64,000 bases of DNA from Eledone cirrhosa (taxonomy: Eukaryota): assembly GCA_964016885.1 (NCBI GenBank), contig OZ024742.1, forward strand, positions 62,558,001 through 62,622,000. Reading direction: 5' to 3'. Under the pieces are notes generated by a model that had not been told where the DNA came from, ran no database searches, and saw only the letters and a program-made list of their open reading frames with translations. The translations under genes and the position numbers were made by a program. Within the stretch, counting starts at the first letter, position 1. Every line of letters begins with the position of its first letter. Positions 1 through 14,460 of this stretch are shown in pieces.

Positions 1-639
1 ACCAGCACACAAATAAAAATACATATCTCTACTTTCTTTATTTCAATAGAAAGTCTGAATTTTCACACCTCAGCACATCAGCCATACTCACTGAACCAGA
101 ACAATTCTCCCCATCCCTTTTTTCTTGACAATTATCTTTTTTTGGCACAAAATTTTCTAAATGGCTACAAAAAAATTCCCAAATACGGGCGCGAAATTTA
201 ATGTACTTGTTCACGTGACAGTCATAATTTCATTTATAACCAATCAAATTACATTTATAAAAAAAAAACTTTTCTGAGCCAGGTAACGCGAACTGGCGCG
301 AAATTTATTATATTTATTCACATAACAGTCATCAACCAACCAAATTACTTTTCTAAAAACCTAGCATTTCGAGCAACTTTATTCCATGGAAAACAGAAGT
401 AACATTCGAACACCAACCAGATGCGAGAAAAACCACAAACCCTTCATCTCAATTCTACTTTTGAAAAGCACAAGAACTGTGAAACCGGTAGAGGAACCAA
501 ATAAATATTCTTAAAAAGACTCCAGTTGCATTTTCGACTTCATCTTTATTCCTTATACTTTCACTCGTGTAGGACATCGCGTTTTTTTTTCATTTTGTAA
601 AAAGCCTCATTCTCTAATGTACACACACATATATATATG

Positions 640-725
<86 letters not shown>

Positions 726-948
726 GTACATATAAAGTTTCATACACTTAACATGTATGAGCGACCATCAGTATCGGGATCCAATTATGGCCACCACTGT
801 ATATTGGAGGAGATACTTTTAAACGTGCCTTCTTCGGGTAATAGCCTCACATACATGGTAAGTGTATGAAGATTAAGCTTCTTTTTCCTTGATCTTTCTT
901 TTACAAATTCTACATAGACACACAGACACATAGACACAAGGACACATA

Positions 949-1019
<71 letters not shown>

Positions 1020-1126
1020 ATAATATTAAATTTGAAGACTAAAATCCAAAGAGGGCTCGATAAGGATAAATATATTTCAAATATATAAGAACCGTAGAGC
1101 AAATATTTATTAAAATAACAGATGAA

Positions 1127-1177
1127 AGTTTAAGTAAAGAATCGCTGCTTTCACCCTTAACGGGATCTTCTGAAACT
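1127..1177 (-). ncRNA. Type I hammerhead-like motif in PLE pLTR (CAGAAGA core)
   Basis: agttt-CAGAAGA-t ccc gttaa ggg t-GAAA-stem III-U-aaact. Stem III has one mismatch in this copy. Confidence 0.55.
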
Positions 1178-2112
1178 AACAAAGTCAATCTGTAAACGCA
1201 GAAGTGGATATTTCAAAAATCGTTGCAACCGGAGGAAGACAGGAAGACGATACTTTGGTTCGTGAAAACGTTCCCTGGCAAAGAACGGGAAAAAACGAAT
1301 ATAATACGTCATTAATAGGAGCGGTGAAAATCAATTACGCGCAAAGACAGACCCACGTTTATGGTATAAAAGAGGTCGTAGACTAATGTTCTCTTAGGTG
1401 GTTCATAGAGACGTTCTCTGGCAGTGAACGAAAAAAACGAAGATAATACGTCATATGTGGAGCGTGAAGAACAAATTCACGCAAAGACAAAACCACCTAA
1501 GTGGTATAGCAGAAGTCGTAGACTAAAATTATAACTAGGAGACCGAATGAATCTCCGCTTCAGAGTTAAGAATAAAGTAAATAAATACAATACAGAGGAA
1601 ATAGAAATTAAATATATACATACACGCATACAAATACGTACATACACAAGCATGAGCGAAAACACTTACCATAGGTATACAAAACCACGCACATATAAAT
1701 ATGTGTGTGTGTGTGTGCGTGTATACAAATAAATAAATAAATAAACGTATATAAATAAATAAATAAGTATATAACAGGCGCACACACATACCGACATGTA
1801 AATACACAAATGTTCGGAGACGTAAGTCAACCAAAACATGAAGTACACATATACACACACCCTACATACGTACGAACCTACATACTCTCACAGACGCAAA
1901 ATTCCCGTACACACAAAACCAAACCATGTGTACCAGAATATATGAAATTATACGCCATAACATATACAATCAAATATACGTATGAGAAAGTATACGTACC
2001 TTCACAAAACATACAGGTAATATATACTTACCTCTGCAAATAAGTAATGGTATAAACAAAACGTATACTTAGCTACCACATCAAGACGTAAAATATCCAC
2101 GTATAGATCGTA

Positions 2113-4240
2113 CTATCCGTTAGGGTATAACGTGGGGCTGTAATACAGGAAAGTTTTGTGCAATTTATGTTTACAAGCCGAAATTGCCTCAGATTTTTTG
2201 TTTAAGATGTGGTCTGTGGCGTAGAGTATTTCCAGGGCCTCAGCGGCTCAGAGGTCACATGGTCTTTTATTCCTTTATACGATGTAGCCCTAGCTAGGAT
2301 CTCCCAGTGTAACTTATATTGGGTGTAGTTGTCTTTTAGACTCCAGATATAAGCTGAAAGTGACGTCATATTCCTTCTTAGAGGTTAACGAAAAGAATGG
2401 GTATGCATGTAAAGACGCTGCTTGAATCTATTGGCGGTTAACCCTATGTAGGCCCTACGGGACGTGGGTGTTTCAATCTTACATTTGTAGACAATGTTAC
2501 TAGAGAGGCATTCCCCGGATAGGCGGCAATCAACCCGATTCCTACAATTACAGTTAGTACTAACTACAGGGTTGAACGTGTTCCTACGGCTAAGTAGTTT
2601 AGCTAAATTTGAAGCTGTGATGTTATGTGCAAGGTTAGAAGTCGTAGAGTAAGAAATTTTAATAGTATTTCTATTAAAAATTTTACTATATTTATGTGTA
2701 GTGGGAAAATGCTTCGTAATAAGGGAAAGAAAGATCTTAGCTAATGGTGTGGCCACCTCCATATTATATGGTGGGTTATACCAACAAATTCGACGGGATC
2801 TATTTCTTCTAGGTCTATTTTCGTACTCTGTATATGCTACCTTATCGACAAATCCACTCCGAGCAACAGCTTCATTGTAATAAGTGGAATAGTAGTTGAA
2901 AATATGCTCGTTAGTAGATAGACGGGAAAGCCTCGACGAAACGTTTCTTACCAGGTTCTTGGTTATGCTGGCAGGATGGTTGGAATGCTTACTTATGTAA
3001 TTAAGCGTATCATTCTGCTTTCTATACGGGTAATACAACCCATTCGATAAATTGAGGGTAACGTCGAGGTAATTAACGACCGAGAGATTGGCTTCAACCT
3101 GTATAGAGAGGTTGAAGCCTTTAAAGAAGGCTGTGAGTTCTTTTCTGAACCTGTCACAAGCACGAGGTCCGCACTTAGTCATGGTCAAAAGACCATCATC
3201 ACGGTACAAACCACCGCCCGTGTTGGGGAATTCGTCCTTGATAGAGAAAAGAAGGAAAAGGCCGATAAGATCAGTAACCTCCCCAGAATCGCTGGCGCCC
3301 ATACTCACGTCGAATGGGGTACTATTGGATTTTTTAATCCAAATAGAGTCGTCGAAATTAATCACCGACTTACGGGCATTGAGGATGATATCAACTTCGA
3401 AATCTTTAACCACTGTGAGTGTTTTAGTGAAATTGATAGCTCTAAGGAGAAGTGGTAAAGTGATGGAGGAGTAGTAATTGTTGATGTCGAATTGGATAAA
3501 ACGGCAATGTTCCTTGTTACATGTGCCGTTGAACCAATCAATCACCGCGAAAGAATTGTTCCACAGTGCAAGAGGGGCCAAACTTCTAATTTCAGGTATA
3601 ATTCTATCAAGAATCCTTTTACTAAGTCTACCTAAATCAGACTTCGTAGGGTTAATAAGCCGAATAGAGGGGTTGTTCGGAAAATTGTATTTGTGATCCA
3701 TCAGGGTAAAGTGGGGAGAAATAGGGTCCAGAGGTTTGGTCCGGTCCAGGATGTTGAGATAAGATGTGATTTTAAACCCAGCATCGTTGATTTCATTGAT
3801 GACGCACCGATTAGTTTTACGGTAATCCTTAGTTACAGCATTATGTAGTAGTTGATGGTAAGTACTGCGCTCCACTTGATATAGGTTGCCAGTTTTGTCA
3901 GAATGGACGTGCACGGCATTAGAATCCTTAATAGAACGAATTCTATTCTTCAGGTCCTGCTGGAAGGAATTGCTCCTATTCCGAAATTTGATAGTCCGTA
4001 TTAGTTCCAAGACATCATTTTCGAAGAGTAGCAATGCTGGGTTACACGGGGGGTTATTATAGGTTTTAAACCCAAATTTATCCTGTTTGTTGTCTGCTTT
4101 TCGCGGATTATCGAAATAAAAGGCACGCCAACGCAACCTTTTAATGAACACGTCTGTTTTCTGCATCAGGATTTCAGGTATGTTTTCCTGCTTGGTACGG
4201 GTATGTTCTTTGTAGAAATATTCAGACGTTGTTTCTGCAT
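2113..4240 (-). pseudogene. PLE RT/GIY-YIG ORF, disrupted
   Basis: 627-aa open stretch. Frameshift near 4170 relative to copies 2 and 3, TAA at 2385, and further lesions in the endonuclease C-terminus. Confidence 0.85.
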
Positions 4241-4390
4241 GATGAATATAAGTCAATAGAGTGCTCAACCGAGGGAGCCAAATAGTAATAATAATAAATT
4301 TGAAGACTAAAATCCAAAGAGGGCTCGATAAGGATAAATATCAAATATATAAGAACCGTAGAGCAAATATTTATTAAAATAACAGATTAA

Positions 4391-4441
4391 AGTTTAAGCA
4401 AAGAATCGCTGCTTTCACCCTAAACGGGATCTTCTGAAACT
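4391..4441 (-). ncRNA. Type I hammerhead-like motif in PLE pLTR (CAGAAGA core)
   Basis: Stem I agttt/aaact, stem II ccc/ggg, stem III agca/tgct. Confidence 0.65.
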
Positions 4442-4454
4442 AACAAATTCAATC

Positions 4455-5175
4455 TGTAGCTGCTGGTCCTTGAAAAAATGGGTGGAGGTTTCAGGGAGAC
4501 TCTATTGTCATTTCTCGTCATCATGGTCCTTGCGACTGCCATCTCCTCCTCCGTGACTAGCACTGTTTCTATATTTCGGGCCACACCTGCGAAAGAAGTG
4601 GCCCCCTTTTCAGCTGCACCATTATTGCTGCTACTGTTCTTGTTGTTGGTTCTGAGATCGTTGTTACTTGTATTGATGTCATTGTTGTTGTTTTCGTTGA
4701 TATTGTTGCTGCTGCTATTGTCATTGTTGTGGTTGTCACTATTGTTGATATTGTTGTCTTTGGTGTCGTTCTTTCTGTTGTTGGTGTTGTTGTGATTATT
4801 GCAGTTGTTCTTGGTTTTGCTGTCATTGTTGCTGGTGCTGTTGTCGTTCTTGTTCACGACTGTTTTTTTTACTGTTTTTGGAAATGTAACTGTTGCTGCT
4901 GTTGTCATTTTTGTTTATATTAGTGTTCTCGCTGTTGTTGTTGTTGGTGCTGGTGTTGACGATATTGCCTGATGTGTTGTTACATTTTAAAATTGCTGCG
5001 GAGAGGGGAAGCGTTATTAGCCTTAACGTTTGACTCGCTGTCACACGACAGCAAACACAAAATTGGAGGGGTTGCTTCACCATATATTTTTTTTTTCGAT
5101 AAAATCTTTCTTTTAAACACACAAAAGGTAAATATTATGGGGAGTCCTTTCTTGGGGCAAAGACAAAAGTCTTAT
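4455..5175 (-). mobile_element. Tx1-like 5' UTR plus Asn/Thr-rich ORF1 N-terminus (truncated)
   Basis: TSFAGVA motif and similarity to ORF1 at 41498. Duplicate of 59420-60145. Confidence 0.7.
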
Positions 5176-5189
5176 TCCTCGTTTGAAAC

Positions 5190-7020
5190 AAAAATATTAT
5201 AGACCTGGTTGTGATTGCGCAAGTTTGCGCTTCCCCAACCAAATCCTCGACGACTAGCACCAACTTCTTCGCTAACACCTCGGCCAAAATCTTAAACTTT
5301 GTGTTGAACAGAGTTATGGGCCTGAAATTGTCTGATGTGTCCCTTTTGTTCTCGTCTTTCCTTATCAGCGTCACTACGCCCCGGCTCACAGAACTGGGAA
5401 TACTCCTGTTCTGCTGCCAGTTGTAGTAGACCGCTTCGAGGAGATTGGAGAACAAGTCTGGCATATTTACGTAAACCTCGTAGGGCAGACCATCCAAACC
5501 GAGTGACTTGCGCCTCATGCAGCCGCCAAGGGCATCTTGAATCTCGGCTGAGGTAATCGGCCTTTCGCAGCGCTCAGCGTCGGCTGTCGAGAGTTGCGAC
5601 AAGCCATCGAGGTAGGGACTGAAGTCCGCCACCGTCTCTGACCCGCCACTTTTCCCGAACAACCGAGGAAACTGTTGGCGAATGGCCTCACACATCCGCT
5701 TGGAATCGCTCAGCTCGTGTCCGTCTCGGTCCGTCAAAGACCAAATCGTCGTTTTATTACCAAGCTACGCCTCTTCCACGTGGGCCCATCGAACAGCTCT
5801 GGTTCCTTCGTTTCTCAGGGCACGCGCCTTAGCTCTGACAGCATTCGTGTTTCGGATTGAAGAAATGATCTAATGCCATTCTCAAAGCTAGCACATCAGT
5901 TGCAATGCCACTACAAATAGCCTCGGCTAACTTATCTACCAGATCCCCCTCCTTTCTATTTTTCTCTAACGCTACTTTTTGCTAAACCCTATTGACATTA
6001 CTCTAATCTCTCTTTTGAGAGCCCCCCACCATCTATTGTTGACGGCTCCCCTGTCAACTTTTTCTTAACTAAATTGTTAACCTGGTCCCTGTAAACTTTA
6101 CCTGCCGGAAACGACACGTTCAGCTTCCAGTAACCAGGTCCTAACCTACGCGTCCTATATAGGTCAACCATACAGATCACAAACCTTTGATCTGAATAGG
6201 GGACCTATGTAATTGTGGACACCCTATACTATCCTTATCCAATAATCTAATTAGAAACCTATCTAAGTACGATCAAGATGTCCCTAATCCCTTTGTCCAG
6301 GTCCATACTGGCGCATTAGAGAAATCTAGTCGATACGTGTCAGACAGTTGGAACTGGCTGATCAGGTACTTGAGGCTTTTGCACCCCCTGCTCCTATCGG
6401 ATACTCCCACACAGTCCCAGCGTGCGTTTAAGATGCCGTTCCAGTACCCCGCTAACACTAAAGGGTGAGACGTACCCAGAAAGGCTTCCAGGCGTCTAAA
6501 TAAATCCGGCCGTCTTGCCCCGGTAGTGGCGTAGACGCCCACCAGTGTAAAGGCACCACATTCGCTATTGTTCACGTCCAGGACCACCAAAATACCGTCC
6601 AGGTCCCGGAAGATCGACCTTACCTCGAGATCCAGGCCTTTCCTAAACATCACTGCCACCCCACCTCCTATTCCCGGCTGACTAACAGATGCGAAGATCT
6701 GATAGTCGTTGAAAATAGGGACTAGTGCGCGCGTGTCGGAAATAGTGGTCTCGCTGACGGCAATTAGATCCATTTCTAGAGATCTGAGGTCGTTGAACAG
6801 GTGGCCCTGCTTCCAGGACGATCCCAGGCCTCTAACATTTAAACATCCTACTCTTAATATGGCCATGTTAGCAGGCTAAAAAAGAGAGGAAAGGTTTACT
6901 TATTTTCTTTTAGATGTTTGTGTTAGTGGTAGTGTTGTTGGTGGAGATGGTGTTTGTGTTGACGGTTGTGTTGTTGCGGGGGTGGGTGTTGTAGTATGTG
7001 TGTCTGTGTTTGGCGCCAGT
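5190..7020 (-). mobile_element. Tx1-like LINE fragment (second family): ORF1 end, APE and RT start
   Basis: MAILRVGCLNVRGL..SET..YLDR, KSLGLDGLP and FRPITLFN, with frameshifts. Confidence 0.85.
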
Positions 7021-7029
7021 AATAATTTT

Positions 7030-7510
7030 GATAATGGGAATAAAAGTACAGTTATTAAAAACAACAACAATCGCCCTTATTGGGCATAATCGCAATTGCA
7101 GAAATCCAAATAATTGCCCCTTTGGAGGTAAATGCCTTAAAGTGAATGTTATATATAGATGTGGGGTGGTATATAGGGATAATAGCTTTAACTATATAGG
7201 TGCCATGGCCAATAAATTTAAAACTAGATTCTATGCTCATACTGGCTCATTTAAAATAGGAAACTGTGAACGTTAATTTGGACTCTTAAGGAAGATAAGG
7301 TTAGATATAATATTAAATGGTCTCTAATTAATACAACAAGGCCTTAAGCAGAAAATAGATCTAAATGTAATATTTTCTTAACGGAAGCGTTTGAAATACT
7401 GACCTCCAATTTCAGCTTATTAAATGTAAAAAAAAAAAAAAATGAGGTAATTCCATCTTCTCAACATAAATCACTTTACTCCTTTTACTATAACATGAAG
7501 GATCCTGACT
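7030..7510 (+). mobile_element. GIY-YIG C-terminal fragment of another Hydra-like PLE
   Basis: NCRNPNNCPFGGKCL..VIYRC..YIG..FKTRFYAH..SF. Confidence 0.8.
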
Positions 7511-7699
7511 AAGGTGGAATACAGGCATTGAAGATCTACTTTCAATAAATATATTATTGAATTAATACACAGATAGTTACTTTCTTGCAAAAGGTTTTTT
7601 TTTTATTCCTATTTATTCTCCTCTACTTTATATCCATTATTTTATATACATATATATATATATATCTGTTATATGTATACGTGTAGTTAGGTGTATGTG

Positions 7700-7731
<32 letters not shown>

Positions 7732-7845
7732 AGGGTAAACATTGATGCAATTCAATTCAAAGACTCAACGTACTTTTTCCACATAGGAGTGACGGAGTAA
7801 ATATCGAATAAAGAAAAGCGAAGTAGTTTCAGATGTTCAAGTCCT

Positions 7846-8032
7846 TTAATAATAATTGTTTCTACTTTAGGCACAAGGCCAGCAAATTACCCAGTGCATT
7901 ACTGGTACTTTATTTTATCGACCCCGTAAGGATGAAAGGCAAAGTCAACCTCGGCGGGATTTGAACTCAGATCATAAAGGGACGTAACTATGCTGGAAAG
8001 CATGGCGTCCGACCCTCTACCGATACTGCCAG
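7846..8032 (-). mobile_element. tRNA-derived SINE
   Basis: A-box tggcagtatcgg, B-box gagttcaaatcc, body gcctttcatccttacggggtcgataaa and an (ATT)n tail. Three copies in the window. Confidence 0.8.
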
Positions 8033-8100
8033 ATATATATTTCAGTGACGACACTGGCCACACTGTTCTGTGTGCGAGTGTCGTGTCATCATCAGACAGC
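8026..8100 (-). ncRNA. Hammerhead-like motif with long stem II, abutting a SINE head
   Basis: CTGATGA-stem II (acgacact/agtgtcgt, cacac/gtgtg)-GAAA-tatata-TC. The 3' strand of stem I is replaced by SINE sequence. Confidence 0.5.
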
Positions 8101-8752
8101 TTGTTACATAATAAGGTTATGTTTCCGAGGCAATCCAAATTGGATTGACATGGGAACGGATGAATTGCGTGTTTTGGGGTTTTTCATCCGCTCCCTTGTG
8201 AGTACCAATTCACCCCCACCGGCCTGCGCAAGCGCATGTCCGAAGGAAGTTGACCATTAGCCACCGCAGATTTCAACGAAATTCGCTTAGCCAGTTCACC
8301 CTCTCAGCCAAAACAATGGCCCACCAATGCCTGCACCATATTTTACTGCTACCCATCACGGCTGTGGCAGTCAGCCGAGAGCCAGAGGGGATGGGAGAGT
8401 GTTAGTTTTTACAGGTCATAATACTACCCCTCACTAAGCGTTGACAGTACGACTGACCATCACCTTATAAAAGAAAAGAAACTTAATTCTAGGTATCATG
8501 GTTTTACATTGGAAGTTAAGAGTGAGAGTTGGAAATAAAAATTAAAATCCTAAATCAAATATCAGAAATTATAAATTAAACAATTAAGAAATTAACAATT
8601 AGAAATTAAAGAATTTGAAAAAAAATTCTTTTCAGGTGATAATTCGGATTGAGGTGAGTAAAAATATAGACTGAAGTGAGTAAATAATATGGAGGGAGTT
8701 ATTAAGTTCTGAGATATGCCAGCTGTGTGTTTTTGGTGTTGATGGTTTCAGA

Positions 8753-8791
<39 letters not shown>

Positions 8792-9308
8792 GGGGGGGTA
8801 TATATGTTTATCCCGTTATATATTTGATAACTAAATTTTAGTTAATTTGTAAGTAATTGGTTTTGCTAGAAATAATTGTTAAACCTCTGGAATAGGCATA
8901 TTTACACTTGTGGTTGAATGAGTACACTAAATGAGAACTGTGACGTGGCAGTGGTCAAGTCAGAAAGGGTGTGATTGGTTGCTTACGGCGATTGGGTTGG
9001 TTGCTAGAAAGCGCAGCCCAATATCGCCCAAATTTTTATCTCAAGCTTATGGGAGATTATTAAATATAAATATTTACACATACACCAATTAAACATTTAC
9101 AGGTATATATGTGTTTTTGCTGGGTATATGCTCTATAGCGGTTGCACGCGAAGTCGCCGCGGTGGTGTATCTATTTACTGTTTCTTCATAGATGCCTTTA
9201 ATTCTTATGGCCTGGTCTAATTGATTTTTTGTGTTGTTATTTGTGCTGATTAAGAGTAGAGATGATGTATATATATTATCAAATAATTCTCTGGACATGC
9301 TTTACTCT

Positions 9309-10320
<1,012 letters not shown>

Positions 10321-10327
<7 letters not shown>

Positions 10328-13300
10328 TAACAGATTAAAGTTTAAGCAAAGAATCGCTGCTTTCACCCTTAACGGGATCTTCTGAAACTAACAAAGTCAA
10401 TCTGTAAACGCAGAAGAGGATATTTTAAAAAACGTTGCAACCGGATGAAGACAGGAAGACGATACTTTGGTTCGTGGAAACATTCCCTGGCAAAGAACGG
10501 GAAAAACGAATATAATACGTCATTATTTGGAGCGGTGAAAAACAATTACGCGCAAAGACAGAACCACGTTTATGGTATAAAAGAAGTCGTAGACAAATGT
10601 TCTCTTAGGTGGTTCATAGAGACGTTCTCTGGCAATGAACGGAAAAAATAGAAGATAATACGTCATATGTGGACCGTGGAGAACAATTGCACGCAAAGAC
10701 AAAACCACGTAAATTGTATAGCTGAAGTCGTAGACTAAAATTCTAACTAGAAAACCGAATGAATCTCTGCTTCAGAGTTAAGAATAAAGTAAATAAAATA
10801 CAATACAGAGGTAACAGAAATTAAATAAATACATACACGCATGCAAATACGTACATACACAAGCATACGCGAAAACACTTGCCATAGGTATACAAAACCA
10901 CGCACGTATAAATATGTGTGTGTGTGTGTGTGCGTGTATACAAATAAAGAAATAATTAAATAAACGTATATAAATATATAAATACGTGTATAACAAGCGC
11001 ACACACATACCTACATGTAAATACACAAATGTTCGCTAAACGACGTCAACCAAAACATGGAGTACATATATACATACACCCTACATACGTACAAACCTGC
11101 ATACTCACACAGACGCAAAACTCCCGTATACACATAACCAAACCATATGTACCAGAATATATAAAATTATACGCCATAACATATACAATCAAATATACGT
11201 ACGAGAAAGTATACGTACATTCACAAAACATACAGGTAATAAATACTTACATATGCAAATAAGTAATGGTATAAACAAAAGATATACTTAGCTACCACAT
11301 CAAGACGTAAAATATCCACGTATAGATCGTACTATCCGTTAGGGTATAACGTGGGGCTGTAATACAGGAAAATGTTGTGCAATTTATATTTACAAGCCGA
11401 AATTGCCTCAGATTTTTTGTTTAAGATGTGGTCTGTGGCGTAGAGTATTTCCAGGGCCTCAGCGGCGCAGAGGTGACAATGTCTTTTATTTCTGTTATAC
11501 GATCTAGCCCTAACTAGGATCTTCCAGTGTAACTTATATTGGGTGTGGTTGTCTTTTAGACTCCAGATATAAGCTGAAAGTGACGTCATATTCCTTCTTA
11601 GAGGGTAACGAAAAGAATGGGTATGCACGTAAAGATGCTGCTTGAATTTATTGGCGGTTAACCCTATGTAGGCCCTACCGGACGTGGGTGTCTCAACCTT
11701 ACATTTGTAGACAATGTTACTAGAGAGGCATTTCCCGGATAGGGGCAATCAACCCGATTCTTACAATTACAGTTAGTACTAACTACAGGGTTGCACGTGT
11801 TCCTACGGCTAGGTAGTTTAGCTAAATTTGAAGCTGTCATGTTATGTGCAAGGTTAGGAGTCGTAGAGTAAGAAATTTTAATAGTATTTCTATTAAAAGT
11901 TTTACTATATTTATGTGTAGGGGGAAAATGCTTCGTAATAAGGGAAAGAAAGATCTTAGCTAATGGTGTGGCCACCTCTATATTATATGGTGGGTTAAAC
12001 CAACAAATGTAACGGGATCTATTTCTTATAGGTCTATTTTCGTACTCTGTATATGCTACCTTATCGACAAATCCACTCCGAGCAACAGCTTCAATAAGTG
12101 GAATGGTCGTTGAAAATATGCTCGTTAGTAGATAGACGGGAAAGCCTCAACGAAACGTTTCTTACCATGTTCTTGGTTATGCTGGTAGGATGGTTGGAAT
12201 GCTTACTTATGTAATTAAGCGTATCATTCGGCTTTCTATACGGGTAATACAACCCATTCGATAAATTGAGGGTAACGTCGAGGTAATTAACGACCGAGAG
12301 ATTGGCCTCAACCTATATAGAAAGGTTGAAGCCTTTAAAGAAGGCTGTGAGTTCTTTTCTGAACCTCTCGCAAGCACGTGGTCCGCACTTAGTCATGGTC
12401 AAAAGACCATCATCACGGTACAAACCACCGCCCGCGTTGGGGAATTCGTCCTTGATAGAGAAAAGAATGAAAAGGCCGATAAGATCAGTAACCTCCGCAG
12501 AATCGCTGGCGCACATACTCACGTCGAATGGGGTACTATTGGATTTTTTAATCCAAATAGAGTCGTCGAAATTAATCACCAACTTACGGGCATTGAGGAT
12601 GACATCAACTTCGAAATCCTTAACCACTGTGAGTGTTTTAGCGAAATTGATAGCTCTAAGGAGAAGTAGTAAAGTGATGGAGGAGTAGTAATTGTTGATG
12701 TCGAATTGGATAAAACAGCAATGTTCCTTGTTGCATATGCCGTTAAACCAATCAATCACCGCGAAAGAATTGTTCCACAGTGCAAGAGGGGCCAAATTTC
12801 AAGTTTCAGGTATAATTCTATCAAGAATCCTTTTACTAAGTCTACCTAAATCGGATTTCGTAGGGTTAATAAGCCGAATAGAGGGGTTGTTCGGAAAATT
12901 GGATTTGTGATCCTTCAGGGTAAAGTAGGAAGAAATAGGGTCCAGGGGTTCGGTTCGGTCCAGGATGTTGAGATCAGAGGTGATTTTCAACCCAGCATCG
13001 TTGATTTCATTGATGACGCACCGATTAGTTTTACGGTAATCCTTAGTTACAGCATTATGTAGTAGTTGATGGTAAGTACTGCGCTCCACTTGATATAGGT
13101 TGCCAGTTTTGTCGGAATGGACGTGCACAGCATTAGAATCCTTAATAGAACGAATTCTATTCTTCAGGTCCTGCTCGAAGGAATTGCTCCTATTCCGAAA
13201 TTTGATATTCCGTATGAGTTCCAAGACATCATTTTCGAAGGGTAGCAATGCTGGATTACACTGCGGGATATTATAGGTTTTAAACCCAAATTTATCCTGT

Positions 13301-13595
13301 TTGTTGTCTGCTTTTTGCTGATTATCGAAATAAAACGCACGCCAGCGCAACCTTTTAATGAACGCGTCTGTTTTCTGTATCAGGAGTTTTAGGTATGTTT
13401 TCCTGCTTGGTACGCGTATGTTCTTTGTAGAAATATTCAGATGTTGTTTCTGCATCATGAATATAAGTCAATAGAGTGCTCAATCGAGGGAGCCAAATAG
13501 TAATAATAATAAATTTGAAGACTAAAATCCAAAGAGGGCTCGATAAGGATAAATATATATCAAATATATAAGAACCGTAGAGCAAATATATATAT
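10321..13595 (-). mobile_element. Same PLE family, copy 2 (frameshifted ORF 11332-13458)
   Basis: ORF pieces 12799-13458, 12313-12795, 11664-11975 and 11332-11748 are near-identical to copy 1. Embedded between long TA/TG microsatellites. Confidence 0.9.
10339..10389 (-). ncRNA. Type I hammerhead-like motif in PLE pLTR (CAGAAGA core)
   Basis: Same fold as 4391-4441. Confidence 0.65.
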
Positions 13596-13599
13596 TTAT

Positions 13600-13889
13600 C
13601 AATGTGTATGTATGTGTTTATGTGTGTATATGTATGTATATGTATGTGTGAGTGTATATATGTATGTATATGTATATGTATATGTATGTGTGTGTTTGTC
13701 TGTATGTGTATATGTGTATGTGCAATCTGTATATGTGAATTTGTAAATGTATGTATATGTATGTATATATGTATATATATATGTATGTGTATATATATAT
13801 ATGTGTATATGTATGTATATATATATATATGTATGTGTATATATATATATATATCTATGTGTATGTGTATATATATATATGTGTGTGTA

Positions 13890-13948
<59 letters not shown>

Positions 13949-14079
13949 GTTTGTATGTGCACATATATATATATATATGTATGTGTGTGTATGTGTGTGT
14001 GTATGTGTGTATATATGTATGTGTATGTGTATATATGTATGTATGTGTGTATATATATGTATATATGTATATATGTGTG

Positions 14080-14120
<41 letters not shown>

Positions 14121-14203
14121 ATTCGCATGTATGTGTATACACATATATATGTGTTTATATGTGTGTATGTGTGCATATATGTGTATATGTGTGTATATGT
14201 ATG

Positions 14204-14234
<31 letters not shown>

Positions 14235-14325
14235 ATATTGATATATATATATATGTGTGTGTATGTGTGTGTGTGTGTGAGTGTGTATGTATGTATATGT
14301 ATGTGTATGTATATATATGTGTATA

Positions 14326-14365
<40 letters not shown>

Positions 14366-14460
14366 CATATGTATGTGTGTGTGTATATATATGTATATAT
14401 ATATGTATGTGTATGTATATGTATATTTGTATATGTATATATATATATACATATATATAG
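13600..14460. repeat. Compound (TA)n/(TG)n microsatellite
   Basis: Direct inspection. Confidence 0.97.

Larger units (their letters stand above)
1016..4457 (-). mobile_element. Penelope-like retroelement (RT + C-terminal GIY-YIG, Hydra-clade-like), copy 1, with pseudo-LTR direct repeats
   Basis: RT motifs QFDINNYY, MGASDS and YRDDG; linker CNC-x5-C-x5-C; IVY..YIG endonuclease. 1016-1190 is repeated at 4281-4457. Adjoins (TA)n. Confidence 0.9.
1..8925. repeat. Segmental duplication copy A (paralogous to ~51179-63415)
   Basis: Collinear high-identity blocks: 1-4457 with 51179-55622, 4455-7730 with 59420-63020, and ~8705-8925 with ~63130-63415. Confidence 0.92.

Noticed and set aside
720-850. 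Hammerhead-like words on minus (CCGAAGA, CTGATGG..GAAA), also near 51900-52020
   Set aside because: The core is incomplete and stems I and II do not form consistently.
2245-2262. TGA replacing the Cys of the CxLC motif in PLE copy 1 (possible selenocysteine, as in some Naiad PLEs)
   Set aside because: Copies 2 and 3 have TGC, and this TGA lies downstream of a TAA and a frameshift, so it is ordinary decay.
3088-3696. Plus-strand ORFs repeated in all three PLE copies
   Set aside because: These are antisense shadows of the RT frame, and their conservation reflects copy identity.
8636-8653. 18-nt plus-strand micro-exon-like segment (tttttcAG...GTGAGT)
   Set aside because: No partner exons were found on the plus strand and it is absent from the duplicated copy.
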